Source: Rhodosorus marinus CCMP1338 (lineage: Eukaryota; Plantae; Rhodophyta). Taken from it: a DNA stretch of 64,000 bases. This document shows positions 59,870 to 64,000 of the stretch, piece after piece (positions within the stretch are counted from its first letter, which is position 1; each line of letters starts with the position of its first letter). The DNA is taken from contig JAMWBK010000009.1 in NCBI GenBank assembly GCA_029953675.1, forward strand, positions 1,488,001-1,552,000. Direction: 5' to 3'. The notes under the pieces are model-generated. The model was not told the origin of the DNA. It made no database searches and worked only from the letters and a program-made list of their open reading frames with translations. Position numbers and translations under genes: made by a program.

Positions 59870-60786
59870 AGCAACTAGACAGACAAAAATACAGCAGAAA
59901 TCTCCTTTCAGAGACGGAGCCTAAAGACCTCCACCACACAGAGTCAGACACGTTTTCCCAGAGCCACATTACCTGAACGAAAACGAGACCTTCTTCTCAC
60001 AGCAACACTGACAAAACCTACCCACCTACATGGCTTTCCATGCGGGTTTCCTTGCACAGTTTCAGGATCCAGTTCCATAATTCTCAATCCAATCCAAAGT
60101 CGTACATCCGTTCAGATCCCTTTCCCAACCTCAAACTACCCGCCTTCCCTCGCATATCAAACCAAGCGTTAACCAACCCAAAATGGCAGCGCGTTCATCG
60201 CATCATCCTCAGCATGATAAGTTTATAGTTTTGAAGAAGAAAATAGGTCGATGAACTCCATTACGCCAGCTGTCCTTTGACCATTTCTAAAATCTCGTTT
60301 CAACTTTGGATGGTGAAGGTACCGTTCTTGGTTACCGTATCCAATGGGGGCGGGTGACACGAGAAGTTGAGCGCCAACAGGCAGTTTCATGATAGGTTCA
60401 AGTCTCCAATCGTTCACAGAAACTCTAGACGAGATAACGAAGGGCTCCTCTAATAGAAACTCAATATTGGCCACTGACCTTTTGTATCTGCGGATCGAGC
60501 GGGTTCGGGTATTGGATTGATGGCGACGGATCTGTTTTCACTGGGTCTGTGACAGCGCTATTTTCGCTCTTGCATGATTCGTTGGTGAAAATAAAGCCTG
60601 ACATGGAACCATCCGTCCAGCGGCACGACACGATTCAAAACACCCTTCTGATGAAGTGGCTCAGCGGCTGAGATCGGTCACCACGGTCTGTGCTGGGGTG
60701 GCAGGCAAGCTGGTCGGTGAATGTTTGCATGAGCATGTTTCGCTAGGGAGCGGGTCTGTTGGGAACATGGCAGAAGACGAATCACG

Positions 60787-62927
60787 ATGAAGTTCCGGCA
60801 TGTTTTGTTGGGGGCCTTGGGAGGTGTAGGTGCTGGTATTGGCCTTGGCTCGATCGGCGGTTGTGCATATTTGTACGCGAGTTCGTATAGATTCAACAGA
60901 TTGGAGGATGGGTTCGAGGTCGATGCGCCCCTGCTCGAAAGTCCTCCCTCTCGGGAAGATCAGATTTCGAAGCTGAAGTCGGGAGAACAGTACGATGTAC
61001 TCGTCATCGGTGGTAGTGCTCTCGGTTCCGGGGTAGCCCTGGATTGTGCCCTGCGCGGACTCAAGGTAGCTTTGGTTGAGGATGTTGACTTTGCTTCATC
61101 AAGTACCTCACCGAGTTCTTTTGGGATCGGTGGAGGATTTCAGTACATCAGAAGAGCTTATCGTAACGTGGATCCAATCCAGATAAGCTCCCTGATTTCA
61201 TGGATCCATGAAAAGTATCTCATGACAAAGCAGGCACCTCACCTTGCGGAAGTCATGCCAGTAGCTGTTCCTTGCTACTCTTTCAGGGAGGTAGGAAAAC
61301 GTTTATAACCTGGCTGAGACGCAGCAGAAGAGCCCTAGATGCTGATTCTTGTGCACTTTTCTTCCGATTTCTGACAAGGTCATTCGGAACTGGTTCAAGG
61401 ACATAGCTGTTGATTCAATAGCTAGTTCCATGAGATCGAGCATCGGATCTTCAAGGTTTGTCTCCGCTTCAGAAATTCAACGCATGTTTCCTACGCTTGC
61501 CATGAAGACGTCCAGAGGAAAGATGCTCCGGGGCTCAATCTTGCGTGAGGAGGTAGTCCCGGATGAGGCGCGATTCGTGTCTAGCCTTGCTCTAACAGCT
61601 TCTCTGCATGGAGCAACAGTTGCTAATCATGCGGAGGTTAAGGAGCTCATCCTCGGTAAGTACGCAGCCCTTCGTGCAAAGTCCAAGGGCACGGTGGACT
61701 GGCTCTCATTTGCTGTTTGCGTGTATCCACTGGTCAGATGACGAAAAGCGAGCGCTGGGAGCAATAATTAAGGATACAGAAACCCAGCAAGAGATCAAAG
61801 TCAATGCGAGCTATGTTGTTAACGCAATGGATCCATCCTTGGAATCAAGCGTACGGCTCTACGGCGACTTGGAAACCGACTCAGAGGTGATCAATGCTGT
61901 GCGAACCAGGAAAAAGTGTGGGACAGCTCTTGCTCGGTACTATTCACCGGAGAACGCGTGCATGATAATCCCGTCCGTCGAGAACGGCCCCCCGGTTGCT
62001 GTGATGTCTTGGCAGGGCTCAGCAGCCGCTGAGACCATAATTCAGGACGGTCCACCACCGGATGTCCCAGAAGACGCTGAAGTGAGGGATATTGACGATA
62101 TCGTCACTGCCGTTTCAGACGTATTGAGCCTTGACGTCCGTCAGCAGGTAGGATGTTTGGTTGTCGAGGCATGGCCCTAACTTACTTCGCCTACTATGCT
62201 AAATACACTTCTTGCACGCGTGTAGGACTTGAAATCAGTTTGGAAAAGTGAACACTCTTTTGTCAGCGAGAAGTATGGGCGACGTCGGAAAAACGAGGCA
62301 TTATCACCTGTTCACAGAATAGATGTAACGAACAACGTCATCAGTTCTGTTGGAGGGCACTGGTCAGACTACCGTCTTCGGGCCTGCGAGGTTGTTGATA
62401 CGTTGCTGGAAATGGACGAGTCCCTTAAGAGAGGATCGGACTCCGAGTGCAGAACCGAGTTTGTGAAACTTTTAGGATCGGACGAATGGGACCCGAGTTC
62501 CTTTGCGTTCATCATGCGAGACTTTGAAGAGGTTCAGATCCCAAAGACTACAGGGAGGCGTGTAGTTATGGAAACTAGTAAGATGGAAGAGAGCGTCGCC
62601 AGACGCTTGGCATCGGCCTACGGAGATCAGGCCTATCGGGTGGGTCGGCTTGCTGCTCAAGGATTTGGTCGAAAGATTCTGCCCGATCATTCGGTCATGG
62701 AAGCAGAGCTTGTGTATTGTGTACAGAACGAAATGGCCACGACCGTTTTGGACTTTCTTTCGAGGAGGACGAGGTTGGCGTATTTGGATCCCAAGGAGTG
62801 TCTTGAGGCCCTACCTCAGATTGTACAGCTTATGGGTGAACAGCTGTCCTGGACGGCCAAAAGAAGAGAGGCGGAGCTCAAAGCCACCACCAACTTCCTC
62901 AAATCAGTATCCCCTCCGGCTGAATAA
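60787..62927 (+). CDS. Mitochondrial FAD-dependent glycerol-3-phosphate dehydrogenase-like protein (GPD2/GUT2/SDP6 family), divergent, 4 exons
   Basis: N-terminal TM segment; PPSREDQI..L...QYDVLVIGG, ALDCALRGLKVALVE, ASLHGATVANH, RLASAYGDQA, EAELVYCVQNEMA...DFLSRRTRLAYL. Confidence 0.85.
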
Positions 62928-64000
62928 AGCATTCACGCATGCCTGTGAATTGGACAATGGCAAATCATCCCATGTGCAGCACCATTTGTTGAAGTGTGGA
63001 AATGCAAAGGAAATCGAGCAGTTCCGATTCAAGATCAGGAACTGGCAAGATACTGCAGATCCGCCGCCAGCGTATACAGGACGGTTAGAAACCACTTTTC
63101 TACTCAGGACTAGGAACGCTCCGATCATGCACGACGTGTATAGCAGAATGAGGAGCAACACGTATGTAAAACAGCGCCTTTTGCCGATGATCAAATACAT
63201 ATGCTCGCTTCGTCAAGCGACTTTCCTTCATGGACCAGCCGTCAAGCAGCACAAGCATTCCGTGTCTCCAAAGTCACCTGTAAAATCAGAGGCCTCACTT
63301 GCCCATCAAACAAACGGGGGCGTCATCCCGAAAAGTATTGGCTGTCGGCATTCACACACGTTCATTTATGTCTTAGAACTGGGAAAGTAGATCTGTAGAG
63401 CACAATTCACCATTTCAATGATTGATCAAAAACTGATAATGGTTGTTGTTTTACAGGAAGTGCCCAAAATTCGTTCATTTCACGCTGCAAATTATTGAAT
63501 GAGCTTGCACGCAGCTCGCAACCCTCCTCCCAGACACACAGAACTTCCCAGCCCAAACCCTTCGCCATCCCCATTAAAGATGTCGTCTTTCAAACAAGCA
63601 TATATCTAACTCTAGAATAAGTCTCCTTAAAATGTCTCGCACTGAACGAAAAAAGATAACTAACGTCCTAAATGTTGTTGCTGCTCCGCATAATTTTAGA
63701 AATACGTCTTAAAATGTCCGAGTGCGGGAAAATTGTCTTCTCTGCATCAAGGGGTAACACCTTTCATAAGAATCATCTATTTATGAAATATATTCGCTCA
63801 TTTTGAGAAACTGTGCGGAAGAAACCAGGAGGGGGGACTTTGTAGGCTACCGGGTACCAGCCTTTCCGAAAAAGCATGGGAAACGTGTGGTAATACCCGC
63901 TTTAGTTGCTTTGCGTCAGAAAGCAAGGCAGAAGACGATGAAGAAAAGGTTACTTGCATATAAGATCTGATCACGAAAAACCTAACAAACAAAGAGCGCT

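Noticed and set aside
62650-63390. 246-aa plus-strand ORF
   Set aside because: It is an alternate frame of the last G3PDH exon running into the 3' region, with no motif.
1-64000. CRISPR arrays, rRNA, operons, intact transposons
   Set aside because: No regularly spaced repeats, rRNA signatures, TIR/LTR pairs or intact transposase/RT ORFs were seen, and the DNA is eukaryotic.

Overview
This window is from a compact eukaryotic nuclear genome, not a prokaryote. It has many short GT-AG introns (about 40-180 nt) and tightly packed genes. Several genes start with MAFV-type plastid transit peptides, which together with the gene content fits an alga, most likely a red alga (inference). About 22 protein-coding genes can be assembled by hand: FG-GAP propeller protein, AIF-like flavoprotein, multi-TM class-3 lipase, DHAR, CMAS/CNMT-like methyltransferase, PnsB3-like ferredoxin, mitochondrial uL2, ACT-SerB-like protein, RWP-RK factor, GFA protein, DUF1995-like protein, APS reductase-glutaredoxin, MEMO1, CAF1, G6P 1-epimerase, RPB3, phosphate carrier, SDR and FAD-G3PDH-like protein, plus several hypotheticals. 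The main result is at 47785-52993 (-). What the ORF track shows as a DED1/DDX3-type DEAD-box helicase and a separate topoisomerase III-beta appears to be one gene, joined in frame by an 85-nt intron (50546-50630). The predicted product is a helicase-type IA topoisomerase fusion of roughly 1,350 aa, possibly organelle-targeted. Other notable items are an RWP-RK factor with a C-terminal PAS-like domain, an APS reductase fused to a true glutaredoxin, and four enzyme homologues with substituted catalytic motifs. No tRNA, rRNA or CRISPR array was found. Exon boundaries were read by eye and no database searches were run.
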